From Mobula birostris (Eukaryota): a DNA stretch of 64,000 nt. The first letter of the stretch is position 1. Each line of letters begins with the position of its first letter. A model generated the notes under the pieces. The model was given only the letters and a program-made list of their open reading frames with translations, ran no database searches and had not been told where the DNA came from. Where the stretch lies: contig NC_092385.1 of NCBI RefSeq assembly GCF_030028105.1, forward strand, positions 56,965,433-57,029,432, in the 5' to 3' direction. Below, one piece after another: positions 38,131-50,317 of this stretch. Made by a program: the position numbers and the translations under genes.

Positions 38131-41100
38131 AATAGACGCCTGGAGAAGAACACACACGGGTGCAGCTCATTGTCCAGGAGTGCCCGTTGAGACAATACTG
38201 CACCTACTCCGACGTCTGAGGTGTCCACCTCCACAACGAAGGGAAGGTCCTGGTTAGGTGAGACCAAAATGGGAGCTGTTGGGAACCACTATTTGAGATC
38301 TGCAAAAGCAGCCTCCGCTTTGGTAGTCCAGATAAAAGGGCCCGTGGATTTCTTAGTTAGTACTGTAAACAGAGCCACCGATCTTTGTTGAAACAGAGTC
38401 CAAATCTTCATCCGTATCCACGATGATCGCAATGAGTGCTATGAATATTCTTTGTCCTCCTGGGACTAGGATCCTATGATTTCATTTACGAGCCTATCCC
38501 TTAGACAGGACTTGGTGACTGGTTCCTTTAGGCTGGGCTGCAAGGGCACCAGAATTCTTGGGCACCCCCTTGTCGAACTTCTTGGCTTGTTCCTGAACTT
38601 GGGACCCTCCCTCTCCATTTTCAAGACATCTTCAAGCAGACAGGGTCAGAACTGACACGGTCCTGTTGACTGGAGCTGGCCTATCCCCTCACGGAGGCAT
38701 GACTGGGTCTCCTGAAGGCTTTGAGTTACTCCAAGCAAAAGCCTGCCTCCCAGTCAGCCGCTGGTCTTGGGAGAGTCTGGGGGTCGGAACACCAAACTAG
38801 AAATGCTACTTCCTGCAGGGACTTGACCATGCGATGATTCTCCTTTCCTCCCAGTTCACAGAAGGGTTATTCTTGGTTAGCCAAGGATGCCCGAGGATCA
38901 GGGGAATGTCAGGATAATCTATGAAGTGAAAACTAAAGTCCTCTGCATGATCCCCCATCCTCATTTGTAAAACTGATGTCTGCTGCAAGATCTGCCTGGA
39001 CCCAAGCAGATGTCCATCCAGGGCAGTTGTGGCTGTGTGCTGGCTCATCTCCTGCAGAGGTATGTTGAGCCAACAGGCTGTCCCCAAGTCCAGGAAGTTA
39101 TCAGTTGCTCCCGAGTCCACAAAGGTACTCAACTTTTGCCAGTTCTTTCTCTCTAAGGTCTTTGCCTCCAGCAATGCACCAGAATCTGTAGGGTTGGGAG
39201 TAGTGGCTGCTACTGTTGCATTCCTCCCAGTCAGAGCCTCTAAGTCCTCTACCAGCTCTCCCAACTCACCCTGGTGGTACAGTGTGGCCAAGGCCTCCCC
39301 ATTCCAGCCACACTCCTCAGTCAACATCCAAAACTCAATTACATGTCGGTGACTGACCCACTACCGTGACATGGCTTCATCAGATGGTCCAAGGATCTGT
39401 TAGATCTGGTGGTATAACGGAACACCCCTTCCATGGTGTCCATGGATTCTCCTGAATCTGAGCAAATCTCTGACCTCCACCCCCAATGCGTGGTGGCCAA
39501 GGCCAGAGCTCTCCCAGTTGGGAGACAGATTGTAAAGGCCACCTTTCTGCACTGTGTAGGAAACCGGAATGGCTGGAGTTCAAACACCAAAGAACACAGT
39601 ATGAAGAACCCGGGTCACTGCTGAACATCCCCTGGTTTGGAAGATGGACTGATTCAGACGTGTGACCGATGGCCTCACCCCAGCAATTCTGGCTTCCTCC
39701 CAGCAACAGTAAGTCCATGGCGACCTGGAGGTTGTGCATCTCCAGGCTCTGTCTTGAAATCTTCTCTCTGTGGCTGGCCACAGCTGACAAGAGACTCCAA
39801 TACCCCGTTGCGTCCATGTTTGGTACTGTGACGAGAGACCTAGACAAGGACAGTAAGGACCCAAGTGCTGGAGTATCTGAGACTAGAATCGAGACAGAGT
39901 TTTGAGACTGAGACAAGAGCAGGGTTCTTGATTAGATGCAAGACAAGAACCTGACGAGACTAGACGAGAATCCAAATGAGACAGAAATCCTAAACGCAAT
40001 TGCAGACTGAACAAATTTGAGCTGACGACTGAGCCCCAAACCTGAGTTTAGCTGCTCTTTAAACATCCAAATTGTGGCACCAAAATGTGGCCACCGATTA
40101 GCGGAGCAGAGCAGAATTTTTAAAGGGACTGCACCAACTTTACCTCAGGGCTTTAAGACCACTGCTGAGGCTGACCCATAAGCAACACATCCATGATCAA
40201 AGACAGATCTGATTAAAGTAATACACGTTTGTTTAAATGGCCTCCCACTCACACCCCAATCACACACAGCTAAGTATCTGAGCACATCAAGGGCTTTTAT
40301 TACACTTCTCTAGATTTTTATTCACATGCAGCCTTTCGTGTTAGCCTCGTGTCCATCCACATACCTAGAAATGTTACCACTTACCAATCGACTTGTGGGG
40401 TGTAATGTTCCTTTTAGAAAAACAAATAACTTGAGGCTTTGCAAACAGAAAATGTAAACCCTCCCAGTCATCTACTTCATTAATAGCTATCCATATTTTC
40501 TTAACTATGTAATTTAAATTCCTGCCTCCCTTCCACACTGTACCATCATCAGCATATAACGGCTTGGAAATGTCTAATCCAACAGTTAAGAAAATATCAT
40601 TAATCCCTATTAATGGGGGTGGGCTACACGCACTCCCCTGTGATGTACCGTTCTCTATCTCATACTGCTTAGACAATGTTGTTTCCACCCTAACTTGTAT
40701 CTTCCTGTCACATAAAAATATTGAATCCATTTGAATATTCTACCACCTATTCCCATCTTTTCAAGTTTAAGCAATAACCCTTGTGTCCATAACATATCAT
40801 AAGCTTTTCCTACATCAAAGAAAACTGACATCACTGATTCTTCATAAACTTGGGCCTTAGGAATATCAGATTTCAAAGTTAACATCGAGCACGGCCATTC
40901 TGTCTTTACGATCTTCCGATTGGTGTACAGCTAATTTTCCACTACTTTCCACAAAATAAGAAAGCCTTACTATAGCCATTCATTACATTATCTTACATTC
41001 AGGTGAAGTTAGTGAAATGGATCTATAACTGGAAGGATCTGATTGACCCTTTACCAGGTTTCAATATAGTGCTAACTACCGCTAATTTCCAGAAAGAAGG

Positions 41101-43371
41101 AAGTCACCCTTCAACTCATGTTGTATTAAAAAATTCCAAAACCGACTTGTTTCAAATCTGATAACTGTATAAGCATACTATAACAAATACCATCTTTCCC
41201 AGGTGATGTCAGACCAACACCATTAATAGCTCTTTTAAGTTCAGACAATGTAAATTTAACATCCAAGCAGGAACTGGAACGTTCACTTCCTCAGCAATCT
41301 GAGGACTGTTTGCCACTACTGTTCTCTATAAGACCTCTCTACTTAAATTGGCTGAACTATGCACACCGACAAATGTTTTAGTGAATATTTCTGCTTTTTC
41401 AGAGTCAAAAATTGTAGCCATCCCCCCATAGAAAATAGGTTTTGAAACTCCCCACCCCCTTTTCTGTGTCCTTCTTCCCTTTCCGGGATCTCTTTCTTAA
41501 TACTATCACATTACATTCTCAAATACAGTTTCTTTGCCTTTCTTACTTTGGTTTGAGCTCTTTTGTATTCATCCATCCACCAGGGAACAGCTTTCCTTTC
41601 ATTATTTCCCAACAATTTGGGAATTGCTTCCTTAGCTGTTGAGTTGAGCTCAGAGCACAAGGTATTATTGCATAACACGATATTCTCCAAAAACAAATGA
41701 TCAGGAAATCTACTTTCACATAGATCATCAAATACATCCCAATTTGCCTTTTTAAAATTCTATCTGGAGATATGAAAACCTTTCTGCTGATACACAGTGT
41801 TTCCCATTGTACATATAATGGAGAATGGTCACTCCCCACAGTTGTATCATTATACACTTCCCAGTTACACACACTGGCTACACCCTCAGATACTAGCATG
41901 AGGTCTATAGCAAAAATAATGTTATTAAATAGGTTTCTCTTTGTGCTCCTTCTATAATTTCCAAAACTCGATGTGCTATCCCATTTTTACAAAGGTAGCT
42001 ATTCCTCCATTGCCCATGTGCTTGGTGGGGGGGGGGTGCTGATGCTTTTTTTGTTGGTGAGGGAGGGAGGAACTGGGGGTACTTTGGGGTTCTAATATTT
42101 AACTGTCATTCATTCTTTGAGGCACTCCTCTGTTTTCGTGGATGTTTGCGAAGAAAAAGAGTTTCAGGATGTATATTGCATACATCTCTCTGACGTTAAA
42201 TGTACCTATTAAAACCTAATGTTCTGATCACATCTTTTATCAGCATAACCTTGTATCTTAAAACTTCGACAAGATTTCAACCAGGTTTCTTATACACATA
42301 GAAACATTGGGGTTATTCGGTGAATCTTTTAATGAATTTGTTACATTAGCTAACAAACTTGTAGCATTCCATTGTGAGAATAATAACCCTCCTTCGAAGT
42401 CTGTATATTATTTACTCCTTCTCGTAAAATGTCATTAATAACTTCTAGAGTTAAGTCTCTTATTTCTAAATTTTTTTTCTGCAGCCTTTAATATAATTTT
42501 TGTTTTTTCTATCCTACTTTTAGTTTGTGCTGTACAATTTACCACATCTGCCATGAAGACAATAAATTTTAGTCTGTCAACAATCAGTGAATCCTTTGTT
42601 ATAAAATCATGCACCTTACGCACTGAATCTAACCTACCTGCTTTCTGGATATTAACAGGTCCCACTGATACTGTCGTCTGAACTTTCTGAACAGCCTCTG
42701 CACATGATTTGCCTATTTCCATCCAAATTCACTGCACTTCCTTCCACAGCTTTCTTATATACAGGACACCCTGCATAAGCAGAACTATGTTCCTCTCCAC
42801 AATTGCTACGTTTTAGCCTATTGCCTTCACAATTGCAATAATCCAACACATCTATCACACCGTTTTTTTAACCACTAAATACCACTGCTACATGACCAAA
42901 CCTGTGGCACTGAAAACATCTTGGGGGGAGGGGGTGCACATAGACTTGAATCGTATAACTCAGATAACCTAAGTTAACCCCATCTGGCAACTTTTTGCCG
43001 TCGAATTTAAACAACACCGATAAGCTATCTGTTTTTACTCCACCACAAAACTCTTTTAAATGTTTAGCGTCCACAGCTCTTCCCCTGACTAAATTATTTT
43101 TAACTTGGTCCACGGATACTTCTAGTGGCACTCCTGTAATTACTCCCCAAAGCCACTATCATTTAATATAATTTCTTGGTGTTATTTTCCTTCTTTCCAA
43201 AACTTTAAACCCCTAAGCTTGCTCACATTGTTTACTTTCTTTACAAAACACTATGAGTGCCTCATCTCTTAAAGGTTTTGCACCCACAATATCTCCCAAT
43301 GCTTCTTCCAAATCCTTGGTGAATCTCATTGGATTGATATCAGAAACAGGTCCACTTTCAAAGCTCAGCAA
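38131..43371. repeat. 5,241-bp tandem duplication, copy 2
   Basis: Starts AATAGACGCC as at 32890 and ends AGCTCAGCAA as at 38130; four substitutions seen. Confidence 0.97.
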
Positions 43372-43669
43372 AACCTTGAACTCTTCCTTCCTTCTTTTAT
43401 TTAACTCCTGCCTACTCCTTCCATCACTGCATGGTAACCCACTACAATCTTCAATTTGCTACTTATTGTTTAATTTCCCAGATATCTGCCATTCACCTTC
43501 CTCCATACAACACCTGCCACCCAATGCCACCTCCCATTCGCTACCTCCGACTCCTTCATCACTTCCTGCCATCTCTACCCTTCCCCGCCACCGGAGAGCG
43601 ACTCCTAACAACAGCCTCTGTTGCTTTACTCCGACCCAAGCCAAGAGCAGCCTGCGCTGAGGAAGTGGT

Positions 43670-44092
43670 ACAACACAGCACGGATACAATCCCATTCAGC
43701 CCAACCTGTCCATGCTGGCCGTGGTGTCACACAGCTCGGCCCAATTTCCAGCATTCAGCACATATCCCTCGAAGCCATACCTCTTCATAGATTATCCTCA
43801 CATGCATACTCCTGACCCTTGGGCACCCTTGGGTGACCAAGCATGACCCTTCTGTGATCTGGGAGGAAAACAATAAATGATTCTATTGTACCTACCTCAA
43901 GTGCAGCTCATTCCATACTCCCTACGTGAAGAAGTTGCCCTTTGGGGTCCCTCATAAATCTTTCCCCCCGCATCCTAAGCCTAGTTTTTGATTCCTCTAT
44001 CCTGAGGAAAAGACTGTTATCATCCATGTTATCTATGCCCCTCATAATTATTAAACATATGTCACTGATAATAAGCCTGATTCTGATTCTGA
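43670..44092. mobile_element. CR1 3' fragments (minus) followed by a Rex1-type (GATTCT)n tail (plus)
   Basis: IMRGIDNMDDNSLFLRIEESKTR; GATAATAAGCCTGATTCTGATTCTGA. Confidence 0.65.
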
Positions 44093-44486
44093 ACTGCATT
44101 CCGAGGATGTCCCTTTCCCCAGTGTTGTGAAAGACAGGCCTGGCCTCACCACAAAGTGTTCCATCCTGTTGGATTCTGCCACACTACCTGCTCTTCTTGA
44201 AAAAATGTCCTTCAGAAAAAAATGTCTTTGACCACAGTCCACCTGCATGGAACGTCCTGCAGGCCCTGTGAGAGAAGGTCACAATGGATCCTGTGCAATA
44301 GTTCCCTGAGAACACGGTCAAAGTAGGAGGGCTGCCATCTGCAATGGGGTGTTGGTTCAAGTTGAATTTATTGTCAGATACGTATGCAGGGACACGATAA
44401 CTAACTTTCCTGCAGCAGCAAAGTACATTACAAACATAACAAGCTTAAGTTAACATAAACTTAAGTGAACATATATTATACATAAC

Positions 44487-44808
44487 TTTCCCATGGTGGG
44501 AGAGTCTAGGACAGCCTCAGGATAGAGGGGCGCCCTTTCAAAACAGAGACACGGAGAAATTTCTTTAACCATAGGGTGGTGAATTTGTGGAGTTTGTTAC
44601 CACAGGCAGCTGTGGAGGCCAGGTCATTGGGTATATTTAAGGCAGAGATTGACAGGTTCTTGACTGGACACGGCATCAAAGGTTATGGGGAGAAGGCCGG
44701 GAACTGGGGTTGAGGAGAGATAGATAAAAAGGATCAGATATGATTGAATGGTGGATCAGACTCGATGGGCCAGATGGCTTAATTCTGCTCCTATGTCTTA
44801 TGGTCTTA
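44487..44808 (+). mobile_element. CR1 3' end inserted in a minus-strand Rex1-type tail
   Basis: LRIEGRPFKTETRRNFFNHRVVNLW; CTCCTATGTCTTATGGTCTTAT tail; ATAAC on both sides. Confidence 0.85.
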
Positions 44809-45789
44809 TAACAAATTAAACGTCACAACATTATTGCAAGTTGACAGGGAGAAGAAACACAGATGGTGTTAAGGTTCTTCACCTCAGTGCAAGTGGGGCA
44901 GAACCTGTTAAACTGTGGGAGGGGTCTATTCACACAGAAGGATCGGAGCTCTAGTCATTTTTGGGAAGAATGGGTTGTACCTACAGGGACAAGGTGTTTG
45001 GGTCGTGATTTGGTGCAAAAACTGTTTTCATGGTGACACCTAAAGACCATGAAATGGCTGTTACTTTACCTGAGAATAAGTCATTCTCAATTACATCAAG
45101 CCAGAAAGAGCAATGTTACATGGTTAGATAGCTGGACAAGTGGTAGCCATGATCACAGTACAGAGACTGTACAAGGACTGGCAACTGCCACGTCAAGCCA
45201 AACTTTCAACTTATCAGCTTCTCCCTCTCTCCTCACTTCTGCTGCTTCTTCATCACCATCTCCTCAATTCTCCATCATCTTCATCCTCTAACATAGTCTC
45301 CATCAGTTTTTCTCTGACTTCAGCCTTTCCTTATTCCCCGTTCCCTTGGGGCCATATGCCAACGTGTTGGGTTGACTGTGGATTTTGTGACAAACCCCAG
45401 CTCTCCAGCATCCAGGCCTGCTTGTGCACCCAAATCCAGGTGAACTGAGCTCCACATCTCGTCACATTGGAGCCCATGGCATGACAGCTGAATTGGTCTC
45501 TGCGTATGACGCTAACACACGAGCAGGTGGCCATTGTCATCTGCCAAAACATCACAACACCAGAACTTCCAATCCATCACTGAGACCTCCCGTTCTTTGT
45601 CAGGTTCTCTGTTTGCAGCCAGGGTCTTGCACCATCCCTCAGAGCTCTCTCGAAATTGCTCCAGATCGTGGATAAAAACTATCATCCAACTCTTTCTGGG
45701 AGGTGCATCTGCCAGGAAGGTTTGGAAATAGGTGCCAATGATCTTTTTGGGATTCATCCAAACAGCTGTGTAACACCCCCTGCCTGGAT

Positions 45790-46185
45790 TAAAAAGCAAG
45801 TCTTATGAAGATAGGTTGAGTGAGCAAGGGTTTTGCTCTTTGGAGAAAAGGAGGATGAGAGGTCACTTGATAGAAGTGTACAGGATGATAAGAGGAATAG
45901 ATCAAGTGAATAGCCAGAAATGGCTGAAATGAGGGGGCATAATTTTAAGGGGACTGGAGGAAAATATAGGGTGGATGTCTGAAGTAAGTGGTGGGTGTGT
46001 GGAGTGGTGGTAGGGACGGATACACTAAAGGCATTTAAGAAACTCTTAGGTTGGCACATAGATTATAGAAAAATGGAGGGCTACGTAGGAGGGAAGAATT
46101 AGACTCATCTTAGAATAGGTTAAAAGGCTGGCACAACATTGTGGGCTGAAGGGCCTGTACTGTTCTGTAGAGTTTTATGTTCTAA
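45790..46185 (+). mobile_element. CR1 3' fragment
   Basis: LEKRRMRGHLIEVYRMIRGID; GGGCTGAAGGGCCTGTACTG..ATGTTCT tail. Confidence 0.8.
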
Positions 46186-46734
46186 AACAGGACTCAATGG
46201 CCCGCTCCCAGAGATAGAGTCTGAGTTACAATCCATATCAACTGCTGGAGGGTTAGCTGCTCTGTGAAAGATGCTATCTAGTCTGCCCTTTATGTGCTGG
46301 TATTTCAGCGCAAGGCATCATCAGTGACCAAGCTTTACAGATAGCCACACTCCAAGGTCCGGAATCTCACAGGGAAAGCTTTGAAGCATGGTTTAGCCAC
46401 CGGAAAGACTCTTTGGGAAAAGGCTGAAGTTCTAGGCCTTCTCACTTTTGGGCATTGAGGGACTGCAATCCATGTTAAAAAAAACCTTAGTCTGTTTGCT
46501 TAAGGGATCCATGTAAAGGAAATTGATGTCATGCTAATCTAATCTAAAAGGAATGAGAGGTCTTGTACTGAGAACACTGATGTATGAATACTATTATATA
46601 CTGCAAACTGTAATGAAAACAGTAATATCTTTGAAATTAAAAACGGCAGTCACATCTTACTCTCTGCTCTTTGACATCTAGAGGATTTGTGATGGTTGGA
46701 ACTTCTCGTTGCTCATTTGTCTTCCTTTCAAACA

Positions 46735-46912
46735 GTTAGTGGAGCCACTGCTTCACAGCTCCAGTGACCCAGGTTCGATCCTGAGCTCAGGCGCTGTGTC
46801 AGTGTGGAGCTTGTGACCTTGGGGGTTTCCTGTGGGTTTTCCGGTTTCCTCTGGGTGCTCTGTTTTCCTCTGGGTGCTCCGGTTTCCTCTGGGTGCTCCG
46901 GTTTCCTCCCAC
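46735..46912 (+). mobile_element. tRNA-derived SINE 5' half with internal 19-bp tandem expansion
   Basis: B box GGTTCGATCCT; GGTTTCCTCTGGGTGCTCC repeated about four times; the remainder appears at ~47427-47560 and 49033-49092. Confidence 0.75.
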
Positions 46913-46916
46913 CTTT

Positions 46917-47173
46917 GGGCTGGCACGGTGGCGTAGCAGTTGATGTGAAACTATTCCAGCCCCAGCAACCTGGGTCCGAATCCGCTTCTGTCTGTAGGAG
47001 TTGGTGCTTTCTCCCTGTGACCATGTGGGGTCCCTCCAGGTCCTCTGCTTTTCCGCCCACATTCCAAACGATGTGCAGGTTAGCAGCTTAACTAGCCACA
47101 CGGGTGTGATTGAGTGACGTGGATTTGTTGGGCCAGAAGGACCTGTTACCCTGCTGTATCTCTAAATAAATAA
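46917..47173 (+). mobile_element. Full-length tRNA-derived SINE (HE1-like)
   Basis: A box TGGCGTAGCAG, B-box-like GGTCCGAATCC, V-type core, CR1-like tail GGGCCAGAAGGACCTG..CTGTATCTCTAAATAAATAAA. Confidence 0.8.
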
Positions 47174-47560
47174 ATGTTTACATACAGTACTTTGGGGTTC
47201 TCACGTTTAACTGTCGCTCATTCTTGGGGCACTTCTCTGCTTTTGTGGATGTTTTGTGAAGAAAAAGCATTTCAGGATGCATATTGTATACATTTCTCTG
47301 ACATTAAATTGAACCTTTGTACCTTTGATAGATAGATAGATAGATACTCTCTTGATCCCAATGGAAATTACAGTGTCACAGTTAGCGTACGAGTGCACAG
47401 ATATACACATATTAGAAGAGGAGTACACACAAAGACAGCTGGGTCAGTGGGTTAATTGCGTGCTGTAATAAGGTCAGAGTACAGTATAGTGAGTAATCAG
47501 CCTAGATCGGCAGAATCTGGGGGTAGCTGTTGGGAATAACATAAGATTAGTGTAGATGGG

Positions 47561-49033
47561 ATAGGTAAAGACTGAAAAAATACTGAAGTCTTGGCATTAT
47601 CTTCATTTTTATACAGTTTACCCTGCCCATCAGTGTGATGGGAAGGTTTATCCACCTACATAGGTCCTCCTTGACATTCCGCAGCAAGGGGAGATAATTA
47701 AGTTTATAAAGATCATCCAAATAAAACTTAATCTTAAATTAATCTTAAACTTAATCCCCAAATATTTCATGTTGAATTTAACCCATCTAAACTGAGTGCC
47801 ATATTGATATTGGGCATAGTCTCCTTTACCTAAAGGTAAAATTTCACTTTTATTCCAATTTATTTTATATCCCGAGACTATACCGTAATTGTCCAGCAAG
47901 GCCGTAAGTCTTACCAAAGAGCCAGCCGGGTCAGCCAAATATACTAAAATGTCATCAGCAAATAAATTAATTTTATATTCTTCCTGGGCCACCTTAAACC
48001 CCTTTACGTCGGGATCCCGTCTAACAGCCTCAGCCAATGGCTCTATTGCCAAAATAAACAGAGCTGGAGATAGTGGCAACCTTGTCTACTAGATCTATGT
48101 AGAGAGAAAACTGGTGAAATCTGCCTGTTCATAATTATTTTGACCTTAGACTGATGGTAAAGTGCTCTTATCCAATTTATGAATATTTGGCCTAGACCAA
48201 ATTTTTCCATTGTTTTAAATAAAAAATTCCATTCCAGTCTATCACAGGCCTTTTCAGCATCTGAAGCCACTGCTTCGGGTCCACCTTCGTCCTAGCTAAA
48301 TGTAATATAGTCAATAGTTTGCCAATATTATCAGATAATTGCCTGTTTTTAATAAATCCTGTTTGATCGGATTTAATCAATTTTGGCAGATATCGAGCTA
48401 GTCTATTAGCCAATGCCTTTGCCAAAATTTTATAGTCTGCATTTAAAAGTGAGATAGGCCTATAAGATGCTTGTTTTAGCGGATCCTTATCCTTCTTAAG
48501 AATTAATGTAATAATTGCTGTCGAAAAGGATTCCGGTGGAGTATGGGTCTCCTCAGCCTGAGTCACAACCCTCATAAAAAGGGGCATTAATTGATCCTTA
48601 AATTCGCTATAAAATTCAGGGGGAAAACCATCATCTCCTGGCGATTTATTAGCTTGTAATAAGCCTAGGGCTCTTTTGATTTCATCCCTAGAAAAAGGAG
48701 CATTCAATTCTTCCTGATCTTGTTGACTCAATTTGGGAAGTTGTAAATTAGACAAGAAATCATCAATTTTCAGTGAGTCACCCACTGATTCTGATTTATA
48801 TAGTTCCGAATAGAACTGCTTAAAAGTATCATTTATTTCTTTAGGCTTATATGAAATCTTACCTTCCCCTGTTTGAATCACATTCATTGTTCTGGAGGTT
48901 TCTTCCACCCTCAATTGCCAAGATAGTACTTTATGGGTTCTCTCTCCTAATTCATAATATTGTTGTTTTGATTTTAGTATCATTTTTCTATTCTATAGGT
49001 TTGTTTTGTGTTATACTCTAATTTTTTATTTAA
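47561..49033 (-). mobile_element. L1-clade ORF2 internal fragment
   Basis: KSPGDDGFPPEFY, SYRPISLLNADYKILAK, DAEKACDRLEW, RQGC/PLSPALF, LFADDILVYL, SGYKINWNKS. Confidence 0.93.
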
Positions 49034-49234
49034 AATGGTGGTAGATGGTTGGTTCAGTGGCTGAAGGGCCTGTTCTGTGCTGTATCTGTCTAACCCTTTC
49101 CAACCACTGTTACTGGTTTTTAGCTATGATACTGCTCTGACTTTACCTGAAGCTAAAAGTTTACTGTGCATAAACCACTACCCATTCCGTGACCTGATTA
49201 ATCTTTATTTTTCAGTATTCCCTTTCCAAGGGTA

Positions 49235-50317
49235 GTGACACTACCCCGGTGTTGTTTACCAGCTTCAATCCCTCGGCCTTGCTCCCGACTGACACCCATG
49301 AACAAAACAGACCACAGAAAGTCATGGATACGGCCCAGGCCAACACACCGTAAGCCCTCTCCACCACTGCGTGCACGTACAAGGAGCACTGCCACAGAAA
49401 AGCAGCATCCATCATCAAGGACCCCCACCATCCAAGAAAAGCTCCCTTCTCACTACTAACATCGAGCTTTATTTTCTACACCACCAGGTTCAGAAACAGT
49501 TATTACCCTTCAATCATCAGGCTCCTGAGCTAGTGTGGGTAATTTCACTCACCTCAACTCTGAACTGATAGCAGAACCTATGGACTCACTTTCAGGGACT
49601 CTACAACTCATGTTCTTGGTGTTATTTATTTATTTATTATTATTTTTGCACATTTTGTCTTGTTTTGCACATTTGTTGCTTGCCAGTCTTTATTTATGTA
49701 TAGCTGTTCATAATTTCCATTGTATTTCTTTATTTTCCTGTAGGTGGCTGCAAGAAAATGAATCTCAAGCTAGTAAAGGGTGACATATAAATTGTTCTGA
49801 CCTCTAGAGGTGCTGTGCATTTTGTACGCAGTTCATTTGTGTGAACATCACTTCCTGTACGTAAGCTGTATGGGTTAATTTGGATTTCGACTTGAAGCAA
49901 ATGCGGTAGAAAGGCATCCATCTCCATACATTCTTTATTTGCCCTTGAAACAGCAACATCTGTAAGTTATTGGTAAACATTTTGTCTATCATTATTAAGC
50001 AATCATTCACTCTGGTCTACATGACATAGTTATGGAATGTTGCATGTGTGTCTAACCTTGTTTAAAATAGATCGTGACAATAACCGATAGCATTCATATA
50101 TTCAAGCACGTGACAATTTTGTATTTAGTCTAATAGGTGTTTTGCTTAACTTTCTGCAGTTTCACAAGTTTTTCTCATTAAAAGCCCTGAAGAAGACTTC
50201 CGGCTCAGGTGATCTCTGAGAAGGTGTTTAACTCTCTGCCTAACTCTGTACTAATGAACTGCAAGGGCAGTAGGTATGTACCGTACTTTCATAATAAATT
50301 TACTTTGATACTTTGAC
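49235..50317 (+). mobile_element. Rex1-type 3' fragment whose tail is split by a ~480-bp unclassified insert (49791-~50272)
   Basis: KAASIIKDP motif; tail AATCTCAAG..GGTGACATAT resumes as GTACTTTCATAATAAATTTACTTTGATACTTTGA. Confidence 0.65.

Larger units (their letters stand above)
28821..43642 (-). mobile_element. Nimb/I-group LINE with RNase H, near full length but broken by nested insertions and a duplication
   Basis: 3' end CCACACTCC..AGTAGGTGATGGTAATGCACC..(AAG)n; LRVGHTQL..CRQC; RNase H GSKDP..WVPA; RT FFDVGKAYDMLW, QGS, YADD; EN GSDH; ORF1 RCFQCHRFGH, NCGEEH; candidate TSD AAAAGCAGCCT (28810-28820) / AAGAGCAGCCT (43643-43653). Confidence 0.88.

Noticed and set aside
46309-46427. Plus-strand acceptor with a short open frame (also 63919-64000)
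   Set aside because: No partner exons or recognisable peptide; expected by chance.
46917-46990. tRNA gene
   Set aside because: The A/B boxes belong to a SINE head; there is no cloverleaf, and a SINE core and tail follow.
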